Positions 28,287 through 41,145 of a stretch of 64,000 nucleotides of DNA are shown here, in pieces. Position numbers and translations under genes: made by a program. The notes beneath the pieces are model-generated. The model worked only from the letters and a program-made list of their open reading frames with translations, had not been told where the DNA came from and did no database searches. Origin of the DNA: Octopus vulgaris (lineage: Eukaryota); contig OX597817.1 in the NCBI GenBank assembly GCA_951406725.2, positions 54,622,001 to 54,686,000 on the forward strand. The letters run 5' to 3'. How positions within the stretch are numbered: position 1 is the first letter of the stretch; the number at the start of each line of letters is the position of its first letter.

Positions 28287-28880
28287 GAGCCAGTACAGTA
28301 ACAACAGGCGACGAAGTGGATTTCGTTAATCACGAGTTTCGTAAAGTCAAAAGAATGGAAGTAAAAAAATGAAGCTAACTTTCGACAACGAGCGCGTATA
28401 CCACCACTACAACCACCACCATGACAGCTACCCTTAGCAACACATCATCTATCACTACTACTCTCACCACCACAGCTTTTCCACTACCATTATGACGGTC
28501 ATTGCAATTGTCTTCATCACAGATATTCCCCACTCGACTACAACAGTTCCCCCATCCCCCTCCTTCAGCGACTACATCTTTACGTTACCACTATCACCAC
28601 ACCACCACCAACACCACTACCAGCACCAGCACCACCACCACCAGCACCACCACCACCAACACCACTACCAGCACCATCACCACCACCACCACCACCACCA
28701 CCACCACCACCACCACCACCACCACCACCACCACTACCACTACCACCGCTACTGCCACTTTCACCACCAACACAAGCGCCGCCACCGATGGTGGTGATTA
28801 CCATCGCTACCACTAACGCTACCATGACGAAAACGACGACGACGACCACCACCACAACCACTACCACCATTATAAAAAGA
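27650..28880. repeat. Trinucleotide microsatellite field (GTA, GAA, AAC, AAT, CAC)
   Basis: Direct inspection. Confidence 0.9.
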
Positions 28881-29009
28881 AGCTAGCCCTATAATTATAA
28901 TTATGACCACCTCAACTATTACCTATATCACCACCATGATAATTATCTACACCGTAGTCATAATGACTGTGCTTATATAATTATAATTATTATTATTATT
29001 ATTATTATT

Positions 29010-29425
29010 TTTTTTTTCTTTCTTTGCACAGCAACTAACACTGGAGATGTACTACGGTGTCAGCTGAACTAAGATAACACCCCTTATTTTTCGAGCACCT
29101 TCCGGAGTATTCGAGCGGTTCTAAGCAGTGATGTTTTCTGCAACTGGCTCCACCCTTATTGCAGCCTCTATTTGTTACATGTACTTCTCAAGAACTTTAC
29201 TCACTGTTCCCAGGGCTCCGACAATTATTGGTACTACTAGCACCTTTTTCATCGACCACAAATCCTTAACGTCCCAAGCTAACCTGTCATATCTATCGAC
29301 TTTTCTTTCTTCATGTCAGCTAGGCGTGTTATATCTATGACCCAGTATCGTTTGCTTTCTTTCACAATTAAGAATGTCTGGTTTCCTATTCTCTATCTCA
29401 TGGTTGCACTGAATCATAAAACCCC
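29010..29425 (-). pseudogene. R4/Dong-type RLE 3' end (family a)
   Basis: IQCNHEIENRKPDI..KVDRYDRLAWDVKDLWSMKKVLVVPIIVGALGTVSK; homologous to 36551-36914; 3' end abuts (AAT)n on its sense strand. Confidence 0.85.
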
Positions 29426-30142
29426 ATAAGTGCTTGGGCCCTAACTTCTTACACTCTACAGGGACGAGCCACATCCAGACCATGATGCTTGTGTTCCCTT
29501 CTGCAGACACTTTATTGCCATTCGGATATTGGGCACTTGTGCATTCAAACCTCTCGGAGATTCTTAGATAAGAAATGCCGCTGGTTGTCATGGTAGCGGG
29601 TACTCCCTCAGAGTAATTTCCCTTTGGGTTGAAATACTAAAATTGCCTTCAAACGGTATCGAGGTCGTTTTTAGTTCCAGCTGGAACATTTCTCACTTAT
29701 ATGGTACCCGCTACTCAAGTTGTTTTCATTAAATCACTTTTAATCGTCTCAACATTCATATTGTGATCTCTTTCAATCCCGCAACAAAAATAACAACAAA
29801 AATAAATAAATAAAAATCAATCAATCAATAAAAAAATATAACTAGTCATTTCTCCGCAGACGATCGAACCTGAACGATTCAGTTCGTACCAATGTTTAAT
29901 TCGTACACACGACCTACAGACGTTTAAGACGTTTAACTATAAAATGGATCTCATACATCTCATGAGATCTTCGAAGGGCGTCAGCACTTCCGATTTCTCT
30001 AGAACACATCTTTAAAAAATAAGGTTCATTTCAAGATAATCATAAATACTGCCATGAAAATTTCGAATTTGTTCATAATTACTGCATGAATTTGTGCATA
30101 ATTACGTGCATACACACAGAAACGTACACATACATATCGACA

Positions 30143-30179
<37 letters not shown>

Positions 30180-30235
30180 TTCGTTTTTGGATTTGGTTTG
30201 CAAGATCGTTTATGTGAGTTCGTGTGTTGAAGGAT

Positions 30236-30464
30236 ATGTTGTTGTCTCTGAGGAAAGTCATTCTCTTTTAGTGCCATATTATTTAACACACTCACCGGTA
30301 AAACTTCCACTCATTTGCTTATTTATTTTTCAAACGACTATTGAAAAGGTTGCAAGACGCAAGGAAAATTTTAGGAAAAATAAATAAACGAGTGGAAACT
30401 TTACCAGTGAGTGTGTTAAATAGTAAGGCCCTAAAAGAGAATGACTCTCCCCAGGCACAACAAC

Positions 30465-30465
<1 letters not shown>
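30236..30465. mobile_element. Palindromic element in TA/CA microsatellite context
   Basis: Arms about 30236-30330 and 30377-30465; spacer plus right arm recur at 34757-34873. Confidence 0.75.
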
Positions 30466-30523
<58 letters not shown>

Positions 30524-30977
30524 GCTTGTACATTGACGTGTGTATGTTTCTGTATATATATATATATGCCTGAGTGTATGCATATTGGCACATTGTTAGT
30601 TATTTTGTTGCAAAGATAGGTGGAGATAAAGATGGGTAAAGAGATATAGATATGAGGCAGAAGCATGTTTAGTTAGCTAGATAGACGTAGCCTCAGGGAT
30701 CAGCACTTTTCACAATTCTTGTCCCCTGCAGGCGATTTCATTGTATGCAAAATGAATTGAAAAACTGGTGAATGTATTTGACTAACCCTTCAAATCAACT
30801 AGAAATATGCAACATGTACACTTTTACGAAATTCTGTTAATCTGTGGAGAAATGGCATAAATGTGAATACCTGAATGTAAATATCTATAAATGTATGCCT
30901 ATATATGTATATGTACACCTATACATACATACATACATACATACATACATACATACATACATACATACATACATACA

Positions 30978-31041
<64 letters not shown>

Positions 31042-31284
31042 TATATATATATATAAGTGTATGGGTATGTATATGTATATGTATGCATGAAGAAATATAT
31101 ACAAAAATATATATACCTATAAATGCATATTTATGGATATGAGTAGGTATGAATATATTTGTAGCTATCTCTCTCAATGTCTCTCATTTCTCTCTCTCTC
31201 TCTCTCTCACTCTTTACACAAGTATATATATAATACATATATGTATATCTGTGTGGATATATATATATATATATATATACATAT

Positions 31285-31370
<86 letters not shown>

Positions 31371-31379
31371 ATACATATG

Positions 31380-31410
<31 letters not shown>

Positions 31411-32013
31411 ACGAGAGTGTCTATATTATACGTGGAGTGGTGTGTATGTTTGCGTGTAAGTACTTAGTCAATATGTTTAATGAGGCATTTTTTTTCATTT
31501 CGTAATTCTAAGGAGACAATTGCAAATGGTGCCACAGGGAAGTGGCTCTTACCAAAATCTTGGCAGACATGCGAACTGTGCATTATCCTACTACAGCTGG
31601 AAGCATTTTCAGGACGGACACACTGTATTACAGATATGTTCCTTAAACTTTTACACAAGAACATAGGGATATATATTCATAAAATTATACACAAACACAC
31701 GCATACACCAGCAAATATATATATATATATATATATTTTCACATAAATAGGTAGATGCATATATGTATATAATTATATGTATATAATTATAAAAAAGAAA
31801 CACAAACATATGCATGGAAGTTTACATAAGTACGTAAATATATAAATATATGTATGTATGTATATATATATATATATATATATATACCCCCACATATATG
31901 TATACATATATATATATGTATGTATATATGTATGTATAAATGTGTGTCTAACCATCTATTTATATATACACAAATGTAGGTATATATATATATATATATA
32001 TACACACACATTA

Positions 32014-32058
<45 letters not shown>

Positions 32059-32236
32059 TATATATGTGTATCTATGATAAAAAAGCGTGCACGTGAATAT
32101 GTAGACATGAAATGCAAGCAATTTTAAGGAAGAAACAAAATGTATAATTGAAATACACCATAGATAAATACATACTACATAAACACATCCGCATCTACAT
32201 GTATATGTCAGTGTGCATGTGTGTACATGTGTGTGT

Positions 32237-32273
<37 letters not shown>

Positions 32274-32940
32274 TGTGTGCGTTTGTGTGTGTGAGTATAC
32301 AAACATTTATGCATTCGAATATCTGTATACGTCTCTGCATACGCGCTTACATAGATCCATATGTAATACATACAAGCATAAATATGTCCGCACACATAGA
32401 CACACAGAGTCGTACATGCAGATATATATATATTATACACACGTATAATATATGTATTTCAATGAGAATAATTATCCATAGTCTCACTTATATTTATATA
32501 TCGCTACATATCACAGTAGATTGATAAATAAATAGTTATAGAGACAGATGGGTAGATAGAGAGAGTTTGGACTCCATAAAGCAACATAGAAATTGATGGA
32601 TAATGTTCTAGGCAGAAGGGAACACAAATTGGATAGAAGAGGGAATAGAAATAGAGATAAATAAAAGAAGGTTGGTTTGATCGATTGCAAGATCGAGAGA
32701 GAGATAGACTAATCGATTCCTGATCAGACAGATAAATGTCTAAATAATGTTCTTTTCACATTATATAAATGTGAATATATAAACACAGACACGCAGCCAT
32801 ATTTAAACACAAGCGTATCTCTTTCTTTCTCTTTCCTTTTCTCTCTCCCTCTCTTTCACTGTATCGATCACTCTATATATCTGCCTGTCTGCCAGTCTGC
32901 CTGCCTGTCTGTCTGTCTGTCTCTGTCTCTGTATATATAC

Positions 32941-33596
32941 AGTGGCTGTGTGGTAAGAAGCTTGCTTCCCAACCATATGGTTCCAAGTCCAGTTCCACTG
33001 CGTGGCACCTTGGGCAACTGTCTTCTACTATAGCATCGAGCCGGCCAAAGCCTTCTGAGTGCATTTGGTAGATGGAAACTGAAAGAAGCCCGTCGTATGT
33101 ATATACACTACCGTCAGAAATTAATTTGCACCCTTGATTTGCTCTTCACCCAAGGTATGTGCTGTCACCTAGTCGCCATATCTCGAACTATTGCTTTGTT
33201 GCGAGTTCACTGTTGCGCAGAACGATGGCGTAACTTTGTTTGCAGAGCAGTTTGAGAGTCTACAGCCTTATGATGTTGACATAGCAGTGCAACAACTTGG
33301 AGTGCGGATGCAGACAAATCTTCCATTGTTTAATAGATATAGGTAGCGCCTCGCAAGGACCGAAATCACACCATACTAAGTTTTCTCACCGCGTAAGACG
33401 TTTTGAACAGCTCATAGGTTAATTGATTTAACCTATTTAATGTAGAAATTTGAGAAGTGCTAATTAATTTCTGACGCAAGTGTATGTATATATGTGTGTG
33501 TGTATGTGTGTGCTTCTGTGTAGGAGTTTGTCCCTCCACCATCGCTTGGCACATGATGTTAGCGTGTTTAGGTCCCCGTAACTTAGCGGCTCGGCA
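32941..33596 (+). mobile_element. SINE family A interrupted by a Tc1-like MITE
   Basis: Head 32941-33097; body resumes 33485-33596 (gtccccgtaacttagcgg). Confidence 0.8.
33106..33482. mobile_element. Tc1/mariner-type MITE
   Basis: TIRs cactaccgtcagaaattaatttgcac / gtgctaattaatttctgacgcaagtg; TA at 33104-33105 and 33483-33484. Confidence 0.85.
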
Positions 33597-33606
33597 TGTA
33601 TGTATG

Positions 33607-33669
<63 letters not shown>

Positions 33670-34561
33670 TTATATATAGTAGTACTAATGTGTTTACAGA
33701 GCTTTTTAGCCGTCACTGCGTGTATTATTTACTATATACGCAAGATAGTTTTAAACTTCTCTGATATTTCAGCAATGTTGCCGTTGACTCTAAAACATGG
33801 AGCGAGAAGACGCCTCTGTCGTTTCAAATATTCATATTGTGTCATTTCCAATCAGTAATTGCACACTTTACCGTTGGCAAAACGTTGTGCCTGGAACTAA
33901 ATCAGATAGGTTGATGTTTGTATATTCGTCACATGTTTAACTGTATCGTTTGTTACATAAATTATTAAAGAACCAGCATTATTTCTTTTCAATTTGAATG
34001 TAAAGTATAGAGTAAAACCAAAGTTTTTAATCATCTCTCCTTTCTGACATTAAAAATATTTACAATTCTTTGAATCTCTCTGTCCAAAATAATATTTAAA
34101 CTTAATATGCACACGTAATTGTTTATAGTTTTCAGTAACGCTTTGTGTATTCATCTGATTATAAGATCCTTGGCGATGACAATTTCCACGATTCCCTGAC
34201 TGGGCAGCGCGTTGTGTTCGATCAAGGGTTATTGTTGGCCTGCTCGCTAAGCCAGCGGGGTGACGCCAATTGAAAGCGCTAATTCAAAGCAAAAGCGCTA
34301 ATTCAAAGCAAAAGCGCATTGTGAACAGCGATGTGTAACAACATCTGATAGCCTGGCAGGTGATGTGATCACATGGTATAATACACAAATGGATTGAGAG
34401 AGAGAGAGAGAGAGAGAGAGGGAGGTTAAGATTGGTTAAGATTGTTATACAAATGTAGACATCATGAGATCTTCATAGAGAGAATGAAGGAAGGAGGGAG
34501 ATTGAGAATCAACAGAACGAGCGCGAATGTGTGTGTGTGTGTGTGTGTATTTATGTGTATA

Positions 34562-34688
34562 CAGGGTTAGCCAAAAGTCACCCGACAGTAAATCAAAATT
34601 CCATAAATACTATTCAGTAGATAAACATAAATAAATCTTGGAATTAAATGGTTTTGATTTACTGTCAAGTGACTTTTGGGCAACACTG
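34562..34688. mobile_element. Small Tc1/mariner-type MITE
   Basis: 37-bp imperfect TIRs cagggttagccaaaagtcacccgacagtaaatcaaaa / ttttgatttactgtcaagtgacttttgggcaacactg; TA on the left. Confidence 0.8.
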
Positions 34689-34690
34689 TT

Positions 34691-34735
<45 letters not shown>

Positions 34736-34883
34736 AGAGAGAGAGAGAGAGAGAGACTATTGAAAATGCTGCAAGACGCAATGAAAATTTTAGGATAATA
34801 AAAATAAATAAGTGGAAATGAGTTTGCTAAATTATAACGCACAAAAAGAAAATTACTCTCCCCAGACACAACAGTATATATGT

Positions 34884-34977
<94 letters not shown>

Positions 34978-34978
<1 letters not shown>

Positions 34979-35140
34979 GCGCAGGAGTGGCTGTGTGGTA
35001 AGTAGCTTGCTAACCAACCACATGGTTCTGGGTTCAGTCCCACTGCGTGGCATCTTGGGCAAGTGTCTTCTGCTATAGCCCCGGGCCGACCAATGCCTTG
35101 TGAGTGGATTTGGTAGACGGAAACTGAAAGAAGCCTGTCG
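34978..35140 (+). mobile_element. SINE family A 5' half
   Basis: ggcgcaggagtggctgtgtggtaag..ggttcagtcc..gaaagaagcc, between (TA)n tracts. Confidence 0.9.
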
Positions 35141-35148
35141 TATATATG

Positions 35149-35196
<48 letters not shown>

Positions 35197-35631
35197 CGTA
35201 TGCATTTTTGTATGCGTGTATTTATACGGTTGTGCGTGTATTTATGGATGTAATTAGAATCTGGCTAAAGATGTGTCGAATAATTGTTAAGAATCTCATC
35301 GAACCTAATTTCGAAGCCGACATTGTTGTTGCTGCTGTTTACAATAACGAATGACATATCACATTAACTCCACCACGTGACCACACTCAACAGTCTTCGG
35401 TATTTGCATCCTTATATAAATATATAATGGTTGAATATATCCGCTCCTCTCTTCAACGGAAATCCTTGTCCTTCTTGCATTGTTAAGGTTGGAAGCTTAA
35501 ATATGCACATAAGATATTCCCTATAGCCATTCATTCTCCAATGGCCATTTCAGTTTGTGATGTGGAAGGATAATAACAACACCACCAATAACAAGAACAG
35601 TAAAAACAGCAACAACAACAATATTAATAAT

Positions 35632-35695
<64 letters not shown>

Positions 35696-35746
35696 GTAAT
35701 AATGATGATGATAATAATAATCATTATCATAATAATCATAATAATA

Positions 35747-35788
<42 letters not shown>

Positions 35789-35790
<2 letters not shown>

Positions 35791-36490
35791 GATGCAGTAC
35801 CAGGCAGTGGCTCTCATGGCTTCTGATCTTAATTGATTGGAAGTGTTATCATGTACATTGTTTTGTCTTGGTATAAAAGATGGGCTACAGCAAATATTCT
35901 GCTCAATACCACAGATTTGCTTGTCAGTTGTTTGATGCCCTGATGCAGTACCAGGCAGTGGCTCTCATGGCTTCTGATCTTAACTGATTGGAAGTGTTAT
36001 CATGTACATTGTTTTGTCTTGGTATAAAAGATGGGCTACAGCAAATATTCTGCTCAATACCACAGATTTGCTTGTCAGTTGTTTGACTTTAACCAGTTGA
36101 GCATGTCCCTTAGTGGCTGACGATATGTGCATCTCTGATCACGAGCAGAAGTAGTGGGGGAGCATCATAGCCATGTGTTGAGAGGGATTCTTTGGGGTTT
36201 GAATAATTCACCTCTGGAAACATGGGTGGTTCTTTCAACATCCTTAAACAACCCTTACTCAGGGACCTTTTGAGTGGGATGGGCTACTCAACCTGAAGAA
36301 AATTCTAATTGGGCCCCACCTGCAAGGTCATGTGCTGTTTATCTTGATATGAGATCACCATGTCGCGCACATATGGTTGTGATGCATGTGCCTGGTGTAC
36401 CTTTATCAGACGGGTAGTCATGATGGGTATATTGGGCTTCGTATATTTTACCCCAGTGTCACTTTGATGGCATGAACTGCTCTCTCACTC
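35789..36490 (+). mobile_element. Element E, longest copy, with tandem duplication of its first about 147 bp
   Basis: 35789-35935 is repeated at 35940-36086; (AAT)n on both sides. Confidence 0.9.
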
Positions 36491-36550
<60 letters not shown>

Positions 36551-36551
<1 letters not shown>

Positions 36552-36914
36552 GAAAGCAAACTATGCTGGATCATAGATGTAGCATGCCCTGCTGACAAGG
36601 TATGCGATAAGGAAGAAAAAAAGTTGATAGATATGAAAAGATAGCTTGGGAGGTTAAGAAGTTGAGGTCGACGAAAAAGGTGGTAGTATTAACGATACTT
36701 GCCGAAGTCCTGGGAACAGTGAGTAAAAATATTGAGAAGTACATGGAATAAATAAGGGCTGCTATAAGGGTGGAGCACTTGAAGAAAACAGCACTGCTTG
36801 GAACCGCATGAATACTCCGGAAGGTGCTCGAAAATAAGAAGTGTTACCTTAGTTCACTGGCAGTGAACAGCTAACACTGTAGTATATCTCCAGCGTTAGA
36901 AGCTCTGCAAAAGA
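36551..36914 (+). pseudogene. R4/Dong-type RLE 3' end (family a)
   Basis: CWIIDVACPADK..RYEKIAWEVKKL..LGTVSKNIEKY..LKKTALLGTA*ILRKVLE; (AAT)n on both sides. Confidence 0.85.
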
Positions 36915-36980
<66 letters not shown>

Positions 36981-36985
<5 letters not shown>

Positions 36986-37648
36986 TGTGGAGATGGACAA
37001 GAAACAATAAATCATATTATCTCTAGCTGCCCAGTCCTGGCTAAGAAGGAATATATTCACAGACATGACAGAGTTGGAACCTACATACATTGGAAGCTAT
37101 GCCAACATTATGGAATAACAACAGAAAAAAGATGGTATAGGCACACACCAGAAAAGGTCACAGAAAACGAGAAAGCAACCATACTCTGGGATATGCCGAT
37201 ACACACAGATAGAGAAATTAAGGCCAACAGACCAGATATAGTTGTCAGAGATCATGAAGAAAAAAATGCTTTTTAATTGATGTATCAATACCGGCAGATG
37301 ACAACGTGTCTCTAAAAGAAATGGAGAAACTCTCAAAATACAAAGACCTGGAAATAGAGGTAACTAGAATGTGGAATCTGAAAACAGAAACAATTCCTAT
37401 CATAGTAGGTGCATTAGGCATGATAAAAAAATATTCAGACAAATACATAACAAAAACACCAGGACTTACAAACACATATAACATACAGAAAATTGCACTA
37501 CTAGGCACTGCCCACATCCTACGCAGAACACTTTCCATACAATAACCATCAGAGCATCACAACAAATCACAGCACATACCCAAGGCACACAGAGCTGCGC
37601 TCGGTAGTGAAGTGAAAGCACGCTATAAAAATAAAACTAAAACTACTG
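36981..37648 (+). pseudogene. R4/Dong-type zinc knuckle + RLE 3' end (family b, young)
   Basis: CGDGQETINHIISSC, RHDRV, RPDIVV, LIDVSIP, EKLSKYKDL, PIIVGALG, ALLGTAHILRR; one frameshift in the A-run near 37260; (AAT)n on both sides. Confidence 0.93.
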
Positions 37649-37670
37649 AATAATAATAATAATAATAATG

Positions 37671-37722
<52 letters not shown>

Positions 37723-38196
37723 TAATAATAATAATAACAATAATAATAATAATTATAATAATAATAATAATAATAATAATGTTTTCAAATTTTGACAAAA
37801 GGCCAGCAATTTTGAGAGAATGAGTTTAGTCGATTAAATCGACCCTAGTGTTTGACTGGCACTTTCGTGCAATGAGGTCGATGTTATCGACTAATATCAA
37901 TAATGATTTCTGTTCTTTGCCCGCAGACATCAGTCGAGAGGATCTGTACAAGGACATTTTACAATTTGTGCAGGAGTTTACATGAAATGATGAGGAGAAG
38001 AAATGGAAAAGAGGGTGAAGCGATATAAAGGTATACATAGCATTACACATATATGAGCATATCTATGATGCTGTCACCTGATGCGGGAGAAACTCTAATG
38101 AGGGCCAATCAAGGAACGGTGCCGATCCAAGATTACCTTGACCACCAAAGGCATCACCTTCCAACCAAATTTCTATAATTCCAATAATCTATAGGA

Positions 38197-38678
38197 AAAT
38201 TATTTACATTATTTACATTTGGCGGATATTTGTCTTCATCTTATTTGTTGATAACACGTTTCTGCTGATATAGCCTCCAGCCGTCATCAGGTGTCTTGGT
38301 GAAATTTCGAACCTAGGTTCTCATTCCATAATTGCCTACGGGCATATGGCGTAGTGGTTAAGAGTGCGGGCTACTAACCCCAAGATTCCGAGTTCAAATC
38401 CAGGCCTGAACAACAACAACAACAACAACAATAATAATGATGATAACAACAACAACAGCAACAATAATAATAATGATAAAAATAATAATAATAACATCGT
38501 AAAATACCTTAGGAATGAGAACCCAGGTTCGAAATGTCTCCAAGACACCTGATGAAAGCGGGAGGATATGTCAGCCGAAATGTTGTGTTAACAACAAACA
38601 AGATGAGGACAAATATCCGTCAAATGTAAATAATGTAAATAATGTACATAATTCCTCATCTCTTAAATATAGAACTGT
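38197..38678 (+). mobile_element. tRNA-head + hammerhead-tail retroposon with inverted 5' tail copy (candidate PLE-mobilised SINE)
   Basis: TSD atctatagga at 38187-38196 and 38679-38688; inverted tail 38197-38327; A box 38347-38357; B box 38390-38401; (AAC/AAT)n linker; tail 38495-38678 with HHR 38544-38589. Confidence 0.8.
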
Positions 38679-39485
38679 ATCTATAGGAGCATACTACAAA
38701 TAATCCCATTGGCCCTACCACTTTTTTGGTCTCAGTTGCCCACCTTTGACGAATTCACTGGAAGAGAGCACGTCACTTTTTAATTATTATCGCTGATTTA
38801 AACACAAAGCTAGCAATTGTCAGAATACACTTACAACCGACTTCAGACGGCTCAATGTCTACATCTACACGAGAGGGATTTGAACTACTAACATAACCTT
38901 ATGTAAATAAACTCCACGAATATTTCAGTCCAATATTCTACGGCTTCAGGTCGTATCTATCCTCTCCACATTGAGAGAGGGAAAATAAGAAAAAAAAAAC
39001 AACAACAACAAAGAAATAACTTCCCCCTCTCAAAGAAAACAGGCATCTCAAAATGCAGAAGAATATCATGTCACACGCATCCATGTTTGTTGAATGGAAC
39101 AAATAACTCTGGAAATATTTTTAAAATAAAAGGAAAACTATAAGGTGAGAGTGTAGGATGGCTGTAGGGTTATTTCAGTTTCCCTCTTTCAAGAGCATAA
39201 CCATTACACCGCCTTGTTATGTCTTTTCATTCTCTATCCCTAACCGCAACCCCTAGATGTCTAACCGACCACCTCAACCGTTCCACCTTTCATTCAATAT
39301 GGCGATATGTCAATTGTTTGTTCAAACGTGAAATGCTGTCACTCCATCTTGCAAGATTTGTCCGCTGAAGCAAGAAAACTAAGGTGCCTGACGAATTACA
39401 GACTTCGCTGTTTTACTAATTTGGTACTTTCAAAATTTGTCATATTTTTCTTGTATACGGGCGAGCGTGTATGTGTGATATGTTA

Positions 39486-39542
<57 letters not shown>

Positions 39543-39818
39543 TGTGTGTGTGTATGTGGTGTGCGTGTGTATGTGAATGCGTATGTGTGTTTATATTAGC
39601 ATCTGCATATATGCAGGGTATTTGTATGTGTATATCTACTTATGTATGTGTGTGTGCGTGTGCACGCGTGCACGTATGCATAAATATATATGCTTGTAGC
39701 ATGCATACTTACATACACATACACGCGCACGCACATACCTACATACATATCTATATGTAATAATTGTTTATATATACGCATATATATATCGATATATATA
39801 TATGTATATATATAAATA

Positions 39819-39883
<65 letters not shown>

Positions 39884-39905
39884 GTATGTATATACACACA
39901 CACAT

Positions 39906-39939
<34 letters not shown>

Positions 39940-40130
39940 TTATATATATATATATGTATATATAAATATACATATATATATATACATACATTTCTACTCG
40001 ATGTATATATTTAATCAAATCGAAGTTTTTCCTATTTGCTGTCTTCGTTCAATCTGTACGTCTACTTTACAGCTCAGAATTCTTACCTGTTAAGTAGGTG
40101 TGGAATCAAGGGCGAGGAATAATTTCCTGG

Positions 40131-40200
40131 TCAACAGCAACTGAGATGGGCAGGTCATGTTAACAGAATAAATGACGACAGACTACTTAAAAGTACTCAT
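40131..40200 (+). pseudogene. RTE-type LINE fragment
   Basis: QQQLRWAGHVNRINDDRLLK matches the RLRWAGHV.RM...RLPK motif. Confidence 0.65.
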
Positions 40201-40335
40201 AAGATAAACGGTACAGAACACTTAGCCAAGTCATGGCTACTCTACAAAGATGGCGCTGGTATACAATCTCCCGTACACTTTAAAGTATTTTCCTTAGATC
40301 GCCCGGAGGAGAAGTGAGCTGTCAAGAAAGTCTTG

Positions 40336-41145
40336 AATATTCTTTACTATTCTAGGTACAAAGCCTGACATTTTTGGGGAGAGGGCCGGTCGATTAGATC
40401 GACCCCAGTAGGCAAATGGTACTTAATTTATCGACCCCGAAAGGATGAAAGGCAAAGTAGACCTGAGCAGAATTTGAACTCAGAACGTAAAGACAGACGA
40501 AATACCTATTTCTTTACTACCCACAAGGGGAAAAACACAGCGGGGACAAACAAGAAAAGACAAACGGATTAAGTTGATTATATCGACCCTAGTGCGTAAC
40601 TGGTACTTATTTAATCGACCCCGAAAGGATGAAAAGCAAAGTCGACCTCGGCGAAATTTGAACTCAGAACGTAGTATTTCGCCCGGCATGCTAACGTTTC
40701 TGCCTGCTCGCCGCCTTTAAAATATTCTTTACTACTCTAGGCACAAGGCCCGAAATTTTTAGGGAAGGAGGCCAGTTGATTGGATCCATCCTAAAATGCA
40801 ACTGGTACTTAATTTATCAACCCAGAAAGGATGAACGGCAAAGTCGACCTCAGTGGAATTTGAACTCAGAACATAAAGACAGACATAATACCGCTAAGCA
40901 TCGCGCCCGGCGTGCTAACGTTTCATATTTCTTTATTACCCACAAGGGGCTAAAGATAGAGGGGACAAACAAGGACAGACAAAGGGATTGAGTCGATTAC
41001 ATCGACCCCAGTGCGTAACTGGTACTTAATTTATCGACCCCGAAAATATGAAAGGAAAAGTTGACCTCGGTGGAACGTAAAGACAGACGAAATACAGCTA
41101 AGCCTCTCGCCCGGCGTGTTAACATTTCTGCCAGCTAGACGCCTT
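40336..41145 (-). mobile_element. Cluster of about four SINE family C units
   Basis: ggtacttaatttatcgaccccgaaaggatgaaaggcaaagtcgacctc at about 40418, 40601, 40804 and 41021. Confidence 0.9.

Noticed and set aside
38340-38410. Possible tRNA gene (ACT anticodon loop)
   Set aside because: Acceptor stem and terminator are missing and it runs into a microsatellite; treated as a SINE head. The same applies at 20431, 34978 and 55488.
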